DNA of 64,000 nt from contig MU008179.1 in the NCBI GenBank assembly GCA_010909165.1, positions 868,001 to 932,000 on the forward strand, written 5' to 3'. Below, piece after piece: positions 11,557 through 22,458 of this stretch; within the stretch, counting starts at the first letter, position 1, and each line of letters opens with the position of its first letter. Origin of the DNA: Anthoceros angustus (lineage: Eukaryota; Plantae; Anthocerotophyta). Below the pieces are notes generated by a model. The model was not told the origin of the DNA. It made no database searches and saw only the letters and a list, made by a program, of their open reading frames with translations. Both the position numbers and the translations under genes were made by a program.

Positions 11557-13364
11557 TTACATCGTTTCATCGTGGAGCTCAGCAATTCGCAGCTCAGCAA
11601 CATAACGTCTTGCTTGCCGGATGACTGGAATGATGGGGGGTTCTTGTTCTAACCAGCCTTCATCAAGTCCGTTATCTGCTTCCATGGTTGTGGGTTTTCT
11701 GCTAACTGTACAGACTTCGCGGCCCTGGGACAGCAACCCCTGGAAATGCTCCACCCTCATCACAGAAGCGTTGAAGTGGACCACATGCTGAGAGGACTTC
11801 CCTAACGTCTTGTGAACTGCTGCCCACACCTCCTTCCTTGGATTCACGGCGTATTTACGACGGCCAGCAGCACCAGGACACAAGTAGGGTTTATGCTTCG
11901 TTCTGCACAGACGAGGATTTGCTGTCATGACATTGTCAGGCATGGTGCAGAAGCTCTTGAGATGATTGGTAGTAGTGGCGGTGATGAGAATGTCACCTGC
12001 AATATGGACGCCGCCCTCTCCACAGCATTCTCTCTACGGCCCACACCCTTGGTGTCTCTGGAGGTCTGCAAACTGATATATTGACTGGCCAGCTTCCAAA
12101 GGTTAGAACGTGCGCCCTGGCATTAGTTTGCAGCAGGTCTGAAAACTTGTTGGGGGGTGGTGTGTAGATGAACTCGTCGAAGTCGTGGAAGAGTGTCCAA
12201 TCTGTCAGGTATCGAGTCCTGTGCAGGCAGTCGTTGATGAACACAATCTGCCAACCGTGGGAGCATGCTTGCGTCAGGCAAGGTGCATAGGACAGAATGC
12301 TACATTGGCAGTGCTACAGTACCAGAGGCATTACCTGGGAAGTCCACCATGCTGGGTACATGAAGTGCTCCAAAACGTCCAAGATTGTCACAAAGCCAGC
12401 CTTTACAAACGGCTCCAGAAGGTCCCTCCCTTCTCCTGTGAGCCCTCCCGCGTTGTAGAAGAAGAAGTGGACCTTGGGAGCTTCATAGATGTAGAGATGG
12501 TAGATCAACCACTCTTTGATCACTTGAGGACGTATGTTACCAGAAATGGGAGGACTACAGAAGGCATATTTGTAAGGACGTGGCTTGTTGACAGTAGCTT
12601 GGAAGTCATAGCCCGCAGTCTCTTGGAGTGCCACAATGGGCGCTACCTGCACAGGAGGCACCCACCGTCAAAGGGTTGAGCAGAGATTGAAACTCCTTCA
12701 CTGAAACAAGAGACAGACCAACTCGAGATATGCAAGCCTACATCAACATATTTCGTGGACTGCACTGTGACATAAAGACGTCCTCCGAGCCCATCGAGTC
12801 CGACTTCCTGCGCAAACTCACATGTCAGCACCACCTCGACGTAGGGCATCTTCATGGGCTCCGTGTTGCCATAATGTGGCTCTCCATCTGCCAACAGTGC
12901 CGAACCGTTGCTGTCTGGCGTTGTCCCGTTTCCAGGATGCCATTCGCAGCCTAAGACAAGTTTGTCGTGATCACGAACGAGCCGGGAGGAAAGCCCGATA
13001 GCATGGAATGTAGTTGGATTTTCCCTGTGCGGAACCTGGTATCAGAAAACGGAATCCAACACTGACGCCAGACCCCTTTCCCAACAACCGACTGATTGCG
13101 AACTGACCTGTAGGCACTGAGTAGGACAAAGGGGTAGTGGCCCACACCAGCTGCCTGGAAATGAAGAGACTCGAAGCCTCCGTCGTCCTCAGCTTGTGAT
13201 CCCCTGCCTAGAGCTAATCTGCTTGCTGCACCTGGTGAGCTCCAGATGTCTGTGATGAAAATGTCCTTACCTCTGAGATCGGGGCGTATCAACTTGGTCT
13301 GGATTGTCAGCTGGACGACTAAAAACAAGACCACGCATCCCGTCACCCAAAATTGTTCACCCAT
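11557..13364 (-). CDS. GT92/DUF23 GALS-like glycosyltransferase, copy B, 5 exons
   Basis: Same motif series: YKYAFCSPP, IKEWLIYH, FINDCLHRTRY, WTLFHDFDEFIY, GRRKYAVNP, RVEHF. Intron positions are equivalent to copy A; N-terminal TM segment present. Confidence 0.85.
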
Positions 13365-13873
13365 TCCTCAATAGCCTGCCAGATCACGCCCCATTGTTTG
13401 AACTCTCCTGATCTTCGCAAAGTTCACGCTTGCAAGCCTGAGGAACTCTTCAGTCCTTGCCCGTGCATCTGAACACTGTGCAGCAAGTTGACAGCACAAC
13501 TGGCTATTTCTCACTTGGTTGTATCCCAGAGTCACGGCTGAACTTAGACGAGCGAAAACTTGTGCAACTCCGTTCTTCTGCGTCATAGAAGTAGCGAAGA
13601 CCAGCAGCCTGTTATACCTTTGCACTGTGACGAGTCCTTCATCATTCCTTTAAAAAGGGAGGTTGCAATACATCGGCCAAATTGGCAGGTCTGTCGCTGC
13701 AGTGTCATGTATCTCTACCGCGGCTCTCATCTATTTCAAAACAACAGCTTTCGTGGTGCCGGTCACCAGTGGTTTCAGGGTTCAAAGTGGGACACTACCT
13801 TCTTTGTCCACACATTGACACAAGGAACCAGTGAGATGAACGTTTAGTGAGAACGTGATGCACAGAGCTTCGT

Positions 13874-15488
13874 CTAAATCTTGAAGCATTTGTAGCCATC
13901 TTCTTCAGAGGTCATGTTCTCCTCCCAGTCCCCAAAGCGTTTGCCACCAAAAACGAGCTGCTTGATACCCACATAGCTACGGACAACCCCACAAACTTGG
14001 TCAGTTGCTGCAGAGCGATTTCCAGTGGCATGTTGAAACAAGAGGACACAACCAAAGGAACTTCAGAAATCTTACTCAGAGCTCACGGCTGTTAGTCCAG
14101 TGATAAGCACATCCATCGATAATGGGTCAGATGTTCCCATGTCAACCCTGCAATGCGAATTCAATCATCAAGAGGAAATGAAATACATCGGTGACTGCTT
14201 GGAAAGCCTTAACCTCTTCCGGTATAATGGCAGCCGCAAGTACCAGATTCGAGCCAGGTTGTCTTGGAACTCCAGGTCCCCTATGTTGTGAAAGGCAGCA
14301 GGAAGAGCCTCTTTGGCAGCATCAACACTATATCTAAGCCCTTGGTCGATAGGCAGTTTTGTGAGCTGCATTGCACACCGGACCAACGTCATTGAATCCT
14401 TTGATCAAGTTACCTACACATCTGCAGGGCCGTAAGCAATAGGTGCTGTAAAGACAATGCCAAACTGTAGGTGACAGGCTCAACTGAAGCGACAGCTAAG
14501 CACAAAATAGGACCTGTATGTTCATGGAGTTGAAAGACCCCAAACGACCGAGTACATACCACGACCGGAGAACCTGCACCGTATCGCAAGAAGAGTCAGC
14601 TATGAACCAAAACATGAGCCTCACTCGTATCCAGGCCGCTTGATGCATAAGCCTGCTGGCCTTTCGGTTCTAAACAACAAGGTACTTACACTTCCAATGA
14701 TGTCAACACTCTTCTCCGTCGGGGTAGAATACAGTTCGAGCCAGATGTAGGAATCAAGTGGGTTGAAGCTGCAGACGACAAACCGGACCAGACTTTAGGC
14801 CCCTGTCCTCGGAGTGATCGAAAAGAGACGAAGGAAGGGGCTGTCCTTACTCACGGAAATTAACCTCCATCGGGACTGCAGAACCTGTTTTGGACTCCAA
14901 GATGTCCTTACCCTTTCTTCGCACCCTCTCTTCCACCTGCATACCAGTTGAACCAGTTTAGCACGCTACAAATTCGGCATGCCTGACAAGCTCTTAAACC
15001 CTGAACCCTAGGGGTGCGAGAACCCTACTCTTCTCCTCATTTCCTCAGGGTTACCAATGCTGTCCCCCACAATTTCCCGCAGCTCCTCGTCATCGTTGCA
15101 TGCATTTTCCAGAACCCTGCCAGTCTAATGGGTTGAAATGTGAAAGAGAAAACCGGGAGCTTAGCCCGTGTATTTGTTTCAAGCATCGAACCACCTCTCA
15201 GAGATGCATCGGCATTCAGCGTTAGCAATCCTGGAACAAATTGACTTACGAGGCCCAAGCAGGGTACTTCTCCTCGTCCTCCCTCCTCCTCTTCTCCTGC
15301 TGGAGTTTCAGCGCTCGCCGCTCCCGGGCACCAGGCCTCCCTCGGGTCCTGACATCCTCAGCAGCACTCGCCTCACTCGCGCATCGGACTAGGTCAGCCT
15401 TGAACGCAGTACCCGAAGGAACATCATTCCTCAAGCTCCGACCATAACATTTGCAAACACCAACCACAGCTCTAGGCAAAGAGCTCAT
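13874..15488 (-). CDS. DUF3531 family protein (cyanobacterial-type domain) with a probable plastid transit peptide, multi-exon
   Basis: Spliced exons give MEVNFRDFNPLDSYIWLELYS, VLRSWYVLGRLGSFNSMNIQ, AFHNIGDLEFQDNLARIW-VDMGTSDPLSMDVLI and YVGIKQLVFGGKRFGDWEE...GYKCFKI-stop, matching the recalled DUF3531 pattern. Confidence 0.85.
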
Positions 15489-15821
15489 TTCCGTCACACC
15501 TCCTCGTGCTTCACTCGGCAGATCTCCTCCACGTCGCAATAGCTGCCGAGACGGAAAACTTTACACCTGTTCAGACCCAATGGAGGATGTTTGGCATCCA
15601 CACATCATTAAGAGGTAGAACTGAACTCTAGCAATTAGAGGTAGAGTTGGATCACTTCCAGCGGAAGTTTCGAAGCGGTATTAACCATTGTAGAACACAC
15701 GCGGGTTGTCAGTGAGGGCGCTTATTGCAGCATAGGTACATACGAAGGAATTGGCTAGGTCTCAACACCTGTGGTCAGCCTTGAACATGGCTAGGTAGGC
15801 CCCAATCTCTTTTTCCGCTTG

Positions 15822-16345
15822 CAGCCTTGAAGGTGGCTCGGCAGGTCCTTGTCCCGTCTTCCGCCTTCAGTCTTGAAGGTGGCTAGGCAGGTCTTTGTCC
15901 CTTCTTCCGCCTTCAGCCTTGAATGGGGCTCGGTAGGTCTTAGTCCCATTCTTCCGCCTTCAGCCTTGAAGGTGGCCAGGCAGGTCTTAGTCCCTTCTTC
16001 TGCCTTCCACCTTGAAGGTGGCTAGGCCGGTCTTAGTCCCTTCTTCCACCTTCAGCCTTGAAGGTGGCTAGGCAGGTCTTAGTCCCTTCTTCCGCCTTCA
16101 GCCTTGAAGGTGGCTAGGCCGGTCTTATTCCCTTCTTCCGCCTTCAGCCTTGAAGGTGGCTAGGCCGGTCTTATTCCCTTCTTCCGCCTTCCGCCTTGAA
16201 GGTGGCTAGGCAGGTCTTAGTCCCTTCTTCCGCCTTCAGCCTTGAAGGTGGCTAGGCAGGTCTTAGTCCCTTCTTCCGCCTTCCGCCTTGAGGGTGGCAA
16301 GGTAAGTCTCAATCCCTTTTTCCGCCTTCAGCCTTGAAGGTGACC
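15822..16345. repeat. 46-bp tandem minisatellite, about 11 copies, probably TE-derived
   Basis: Unit CTTCCGCCTTCAGCCTTGAAGGTGGCTAGGCAGGTCTTAGTCCCTT; unit starts at 15858 and 15904 are 46 bp apart. Confidence 0.9.
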
Positions 16346-16468
16346 AGGTCTAAACCCCTGTCGGGCTTACTATGCTACCTACCGGTTGACCAGGACCGAT
16401 GGCTACAGCTTCGGCTGTGTGCTACTTGCAACTCATCTGTGCAAACCTGCTTTTGATTTTCCGACATA

Positions 16469-16950
16469 TACGATGAGACTAGCTGGGTAAGAGTGGCACT
16501 TTCTAGTCTGGACAAGGGGAGGTGGGAAAAACTGATCCGCCCTGTGTTGGTGGAGAAAATAGTTTAGCCAATGGAAGGCATGGATAGGCTTCTTGTGGGT
16601 GCTTTGGCTGTCATGTGTCTCCAGATCCCGGAAGCGTCCCGAGGAGTTGCAAACCGTCTTGTGATGTTGATGCTTCATCTGACTGCATGTCCCCGGAAAG
16701 TCTCCACGCGTCTCTGTGCAGTAGCCCAGCACATCCGGCCCTGAATGAGATTGAATGTACCTCTGATCCCGCTGCCCTTGTAGTTCCGCCTCCCCGCAGC
16801 GACTTGGATTGGATTGCGGTCACAACACCAGATGCTGCCGCTGGAGGCTGGTCCTATTTTATTTTGAGTGCCAACTAACGTCGTGAAGGGTATTTGACGA
16901 CAGAGGCCTCTGTTTTCTGTCAGACTCTCAGTCCTGCTAGTCTCATCGTA
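16469..16950. mobile_element. Candidate MITE with 13-bp terminal inverted repeats and TA flanks
   Basis: TA|CGATGAGACTAGC (16471-16483) ... GCTAGTCTCATCG (16936-16948)|TA. The perfect inverted match is 16 bp when flanks are included. Confidence 0.45.
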
Positions 16951-19900
16951 TCCTCTCCGAAAATCAACAGCAGGCTTTGCGGAGATGAGTTCCAGTAGTA
17001 CATTACTAAGCTACAAGAAAAGTTAAAGAGCTCCTCGCCAGGAGGAGCTATGGAGCAGCTCGCTACGAGAAGTCATAGAGCACCTCAAGTTTTGTTAGTT
17101 GCTTCAGCTGCTGAGCAGCAGAGCTTTTGTTTTCTTCTCAAGCGAAGCGTTTCCAGGATGCGGGTTGTGGTGAAGTGGCTGTTTTTCTCTGCAACTTCAT
17201 ATGCATGTTGTGTTTGTGTCCTGATGTTGTCTCTCTTCTCTGAAGATTAAAGTTTCGGATGCTCTGGATGCACCAACTCTGGCAGGAAGCCTGGCGGTAG
17301 CACGTACTCTCCCCATATGTGAGTAACGCTCGGTTATTTTCTCTGACCAGCTCGTGGAACTTATCTTGATACAGTGTGTGTTCTGAGGTTACATGCACTG
17401 CAGATATAGTTTCACGGCTTTTCAGGTTGTCTCCTGGTCGATCCCAGACTAATAGAGCACTGCGCCAAGCCTCATTTGGGACCCTTAATTCACTTTTGAT
17501 GGCGTACGATGACAATATCAGTCCAGTGATCTATGCATCAACCTTTTTCATTCATGAGGTCTGGTTTGCGAGATTCCATTTCCACTGTTCAATTGTACTT
17601 TCAATTTTTTTCTGGGGTTTATGTTTGTAGTAATGCAGATTTGCACAGATTTGCACTTGACTGTATTTGCCCTGGAACTCTGCTCCAGAATGAGCCACAA
17701 GCTGTATCACGCAATTCCCTCTTCCTTTTTCTGTCATCTACTCTCCCTTATGTCACCCACCCAATTCTATGTCATTTAGCCCCCTTCTCTGTTGGTTACC
17801 CCTGTCTATGTCGTCTACGGCTATTCCCCTGAATTTTAGGCCCCCTTTACGTCTCCACTGTTGCATGCCTTCTTTTCCACCGGCGGAGTAGAATTCTACC
17901 AAAGGGAAAGTAGGCATTCTTAACCCTCTTGCATCTACTTTCGGTTGGTTGGTGGGTGGTGGTATTAGGCACGAGCTCCGTTAGTTTTTCTGTTCCATGC
18001 ACTCCTTGATCCAGATCCCACAACAGACACCCCCGATTGGCTTCTCAGCAGACGTGACTAGGATCTGTATCGACAAGGGGTCAAGCTTGGACCCGATCTG
18101 TTTCTTGTGTACCACGTTGTTTCCAGGTGGGGAACCTCGTGTACCTTTGCTTTTCCAAGTACTCGCCCCTTCACGAGTTTCGTGTCCAGCTTATTGATCT
18201 CACTTGTACCGAATTCGAGTAACACTGGCCCCACACATCAACTCATGGTTTTGAACACGCACGAGTCAGATCTTACTCGGATGACGACTCTGTCAGCAAG
18301 TCCTCCCGTGGTAGGAGGCCGACTCCGATCCTCGACAGGCGGTACTGTTAGTTTTGACGGTCTGGAAAGTAGGACGATTCCTCTTCGAGTTGCGGCCACC
18401 AGCTGACAAGTCATGCTTGTAGTGGATAGCACCATGCCCCGCTGCCATAATGTTAACACCACTTTCTTTGCTTTGTTCTTCAGCCTTTGGGTCTCGTCTA
18501 AATGTCTGGGAATCTGGAATCGTGTCCTTTGCCCCTGGCTATCCCGCACATCTTGTGAAGGGATGTAAATAGAGCCGGTTTCCTGCTGGCTCAGGCTGGT
18601 TGACTGTGGTTGATTGCAACACTGTAGACCGTGTCCAGATTCTGCCTTCCTTCCTTCCTTCCTTTCTTCCTTCCTTCCACAGCCAAGCGCGGCCTTGGGG
18701 CCTGCGCACAGGACGGCAGGAGATGGCTGGAATTACGATCCAAAGATTCCACCAGAGCAACTTGTGCCCCTGGTTTGCTGAAATTCTGCCCTGGCCGTCC
18801 TTGAGAATATCAAAGATTGGAATTCCCATTTTCCTTTCCTTCGCTTCACGCTGGAGATACTCGATTTTTTTACACCAAGAGACGGATCTTTGGTAACCAA
18901 TTTGTACCCTTCACTTGGACATGGCAAGCATGAGTTCATAGAAGAAGCTGAAGAATTTTATTGAAGTCCACTAAGGACGGATTTCCGTCATGGGACTTGG
19001 TACTTAACAACTTGTACCATGGTGTGCTAAACTACTTGCACCAATGGCATCCACTCCCTTTAGGCACCCATCTAAGTACCGATCTAAGCTCAGGATGCTT
19101 AATCACGGCGTTCTTATAAATGTGTGTCCAGCCTAAGCCCTAGGAACTCCGTAGTCGAGCACCCCTCCGGTTGGGTGACTCCCTAGTACCGGCACGGGGT
19201 TTTATCCCCGGCAATGGAATCTTAGCTGGAAGTTTCTCATCTTCAGCATATGAGGAACTGTATAATAAAAATCTTCAATTGAAATAAAGCTGCTACGACT
19301 ACACAAAAAGCAATAAGGATCAACTATTTGACCACAGAAGGCCGAAGGGTGTATTTGTCCTTTTCAGGCTAATTACGGTTTATTATCACTAAATCTAGAA
19401 AAATGCAGTGAGGGCACAACAACCGGCCTCATTTTGCTCTCTTCAGACGTTTGTGTTGGAAAAACGTTTTGAGTTTCTGATGTAATGCTTTCCCGATCCG
19501 CTTGCAAGGGCAGCGGGCGAAGCACCTTGCCCCAGTTAGCGTGCCACAGAGTTTCCGTTGTTTGAGCAAACTTTGTCTCAAGGTTCCTCACACACTCTTC
19601 TCCCTCCACACAAAAAATCAGCATGATCAGAGCCTTCTTGAAACATCAAACTGATTTCCAAACACAAAAATCGATTGTTAAAACATCACTAGAGTGGAGC
19701 AACCCCCACACCCTCACAGTCCCGTGGGTGAAGGGACTGTGGACCGTGGGGGCGGCTACTTATGCCAGGAAAATTTCGTCCAAGCGGACTATAATAGACT
19801 ACTTCTTCTTCTCCTACCGGCTAATCCCCCGGGAAGACCGCCCGCTTGTGGTCTGTAACCGGTGAAACGGGCTAGAAGAGGGCGGAACCGGGAGATAGCG

Positions 19901-20480
19901 GGCTGCCCTCCTCAACCGTTCCCGTTTCGGAGGAACAGGCACCTTGGGTTCCATGAACTCACTGTCCCCGGCTTGTGGTTTAGAGGCATCTCTCAGCATC
20001 TCGGATGTCGAGGCGCTTGCAGCCATGGAATTGAATCTCGTTTTTTAATCTGAAAAGTTGTAGATGTTCATCCTCAAGGGTCGCGACAGTTAAAAAATGA
20101 TAAAAAAATGATACAATTTGTAGCCTCACCGACTCAAAATGAGGCGATTCGTCCTTCTGGGTTAAGCCTACATCCTTTTCCATGATGCAGGAAAAGAAGG
20201 TTCAGGTAGTTACAAAAGCTGTGGACTATTCTTTGACCACCAGCTAGCTAGGGCATGGTCGAACGCACCACCTCTATGTACAGCTGGCCTGCTTCATTTT
20301 ATTAGGAGGCGCACTGTTGAAGAGAGTGGCCAGCAGCCAAGCTGGGAGCAGGATCATAAGCAGAGGAAGAGCGCTAATCAGGGCTAGTGCTTCACTAGCC
20401 ACACTAGTACTTCAACCTTGAGGCTAGTGCTGATTATTGTACCTTGTGACAGGTTGTAAATGGGAGCGAGTGTCAGAGGA

Positions 20481-22458
20481 TCAGGTGATGGGAACTGGAG
20501 GAACTGCAGGACCTGGAGGCACATTGAAGTTGGCCATATAGGTTGAGGAGCTCACGGACTTGATGCCGACTTGGGACTTGGGACATGACCTGAAGTTTGG
20601 ATACTTGAGATAAATGGGTGACAGCCTGTTATCAACTCCATAGTCCTGCTGACTGGGGTTATTGAACAGTGCCAGAAGTGAAGTCAGGGTTAACCAGTCC
20701 ATGTCGTTCAGGGATCCAGATGTCACTGACGTTACCCCCGTGCAGCTCAAGTAGGTCGGCGTATTTCTGCTGATTGGGTCCACGTTCACTATTGAGACTT
20801 GGTTGCCTGCCAGAATCAAGGGTGAAAGCAGAATTTAGCGATTCCGACTGATCAAATCGTCCCTCCATTCATGTACGCTATGCAGTCCTGGAAATAAAGT
20901 CTGCAAGGAGGAGGAGGAGGTTACCTGTGGGAAGGCCGCTGCACCTTCCTGTAACTGAGGCTGGTATGCTGCCGTCGGGATTACACGGCTGGTCGTTGAA
21001 TGAGGTGAGGTCGCAGAAATCGTTAAGCCACGGATAGTCCTGCGAATAATGAATGCACCAAGAAACGCTCAGCTTGGTGCAAAACATCAAACAGAAGCCA
21101 AAGTCTGTGCGCGATTGCTAATGTCTCACCCTCTGCCAGTCTGGAGAATCGTAGTAAGCGAGCCTGGTGGCGTCCCAGTTGGCCCCGGAAGTCTGGTTAC
21201 AGTTGTTGATGAAGTAATTCTGACAGCTGATCCAGCCAGGCATCCGAGCGTTGATGGTGACGAAGCTGGAGACGGCGTTGGAGTGGCCTGTGTTGAGCTT
21301 CAATCCGGATGGCAGTCCGATGCACACCATGCCGTCCACGGTGATGCCGCTGGAAGCGTAGTCCAGGTACAGGCACTGTTTCCCGCCCACCACGTAGTTG
21401 CAGGAGATGTAGTTGCCAGGATTCACCCAGTGCGTGCCGAAGTACATGGCAGTAGAGTCGGCCTGCGGTGTGAAGTCCGGCGTGAAGGTGAAGTAGTTGT
21501 TGACGAACGTGCTGAGCATGCAGTCGCCCACATTGACCACTCCCGCCCCGCACTGGACGCCTGTGAAGTTCTGATTCCTGAAGTAATTGTTGCGCACCGT
21601 GACTCCCACGGCCCCCCGTACCAGCAGCAGCCCAATCTGCGAGCCCGTGAAGTTGCAGTTGGATATGACGATGTCGGATTTGGTCCTGCTGGGCCCGTCG
21701 CCCGACTGAGAGACCTGGACCATGCCCTTCTCGGCCGTGGACGACGTGATTAGCAGCGAGTCGAGGGTGGTCTGGGGTGATTCGCGGATGTCGATTCTGC
21801 CCTTTATGGTCGCCTGCACCAACTGGATGCCCCAGGATTCGTGGATCAACACGGCCGGGCACAACAGGCGCGTGTTCATGTCATTGGGCAGCAACACAGG
21901 GCAGGCAAGAGGATTCATGCCGGGGGTGGGCGGGATCTCGAACCCGACGTTCTGCACCAGCACGTTGTTGGCGCCCCGGATCTGGAATGTGGGGAATTTG
22001 TTATTCGAAGCTCTGATCTTTCGCTTCGTGTTCTTCAAGGAGGTGAAGATGGTGCAGGAGTAATTGCCGTCGAAGATGAGACTGGAAGTGAGGGCGATGT
22101 CCTGGAGCAGCACGATGTTGACGGTCTGGGTGGGACTGTAGTCGAGACGGGTTGCGATCTGAGCAACATTGGAGACCTGCAACGTTACAATGAACGAGCT
22201 GCAAGGCCCACCGGCTGCAAGTACCAATGCTGCCACTGCACATGTCACAAACAAATTCCACACACCACCATCATCAGCACCCAGGGACACATGTATACTC
22301 GATCATGCCCCGAAACAGCTCTCAGTCAAAGCCAGCACCGCTTCAGAGCACAAGAGGCTGCAGCAGCATGTACCTGGCTTCGGCAGGAGAGCTGCAAGAG
22401 TCAGGCCTAGGGCGATGAAAATCCCACACGTCACATGCACAACATTTGGTCTCGCCAT
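20481..22458 (-). CDS. Secreted right-handed parallel beta-helix (pectin-lyase-like fold) protein, 4 exons
   Basis: Signal-peptide exon MARPNVVHVTCGIFIALGLTLAALLPKP (ATG at 22458) splices in phase 1 into the long ORF. That ORF has beta-helix repeats (NNVLVQNVGF, DIVISNCNFTG, GVTVRNNYF, STAMYFGTHWVNPGNYISCN, CLYLDYASSGITVDG) and is followed by two Cys-containing 3' exons ending at 20481. Confidence 0.75.

Noticed and set aside
15822-16345. Regularly spaced repeats as a possible CRISPR array (also considered for 28871-29620 and 42871-43176)
   Set aside because: The units are head-to-tail with no unique spacers, there are no cas genes, and the context is eukaryotic.
17000-20250. Scattered short ORFs and a (CCTT)n run near 18646-18678
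   Set aside because: No recognisable domain or consistent exon chain; probably decayed TE or intergenic DNA, and no call is supportable.
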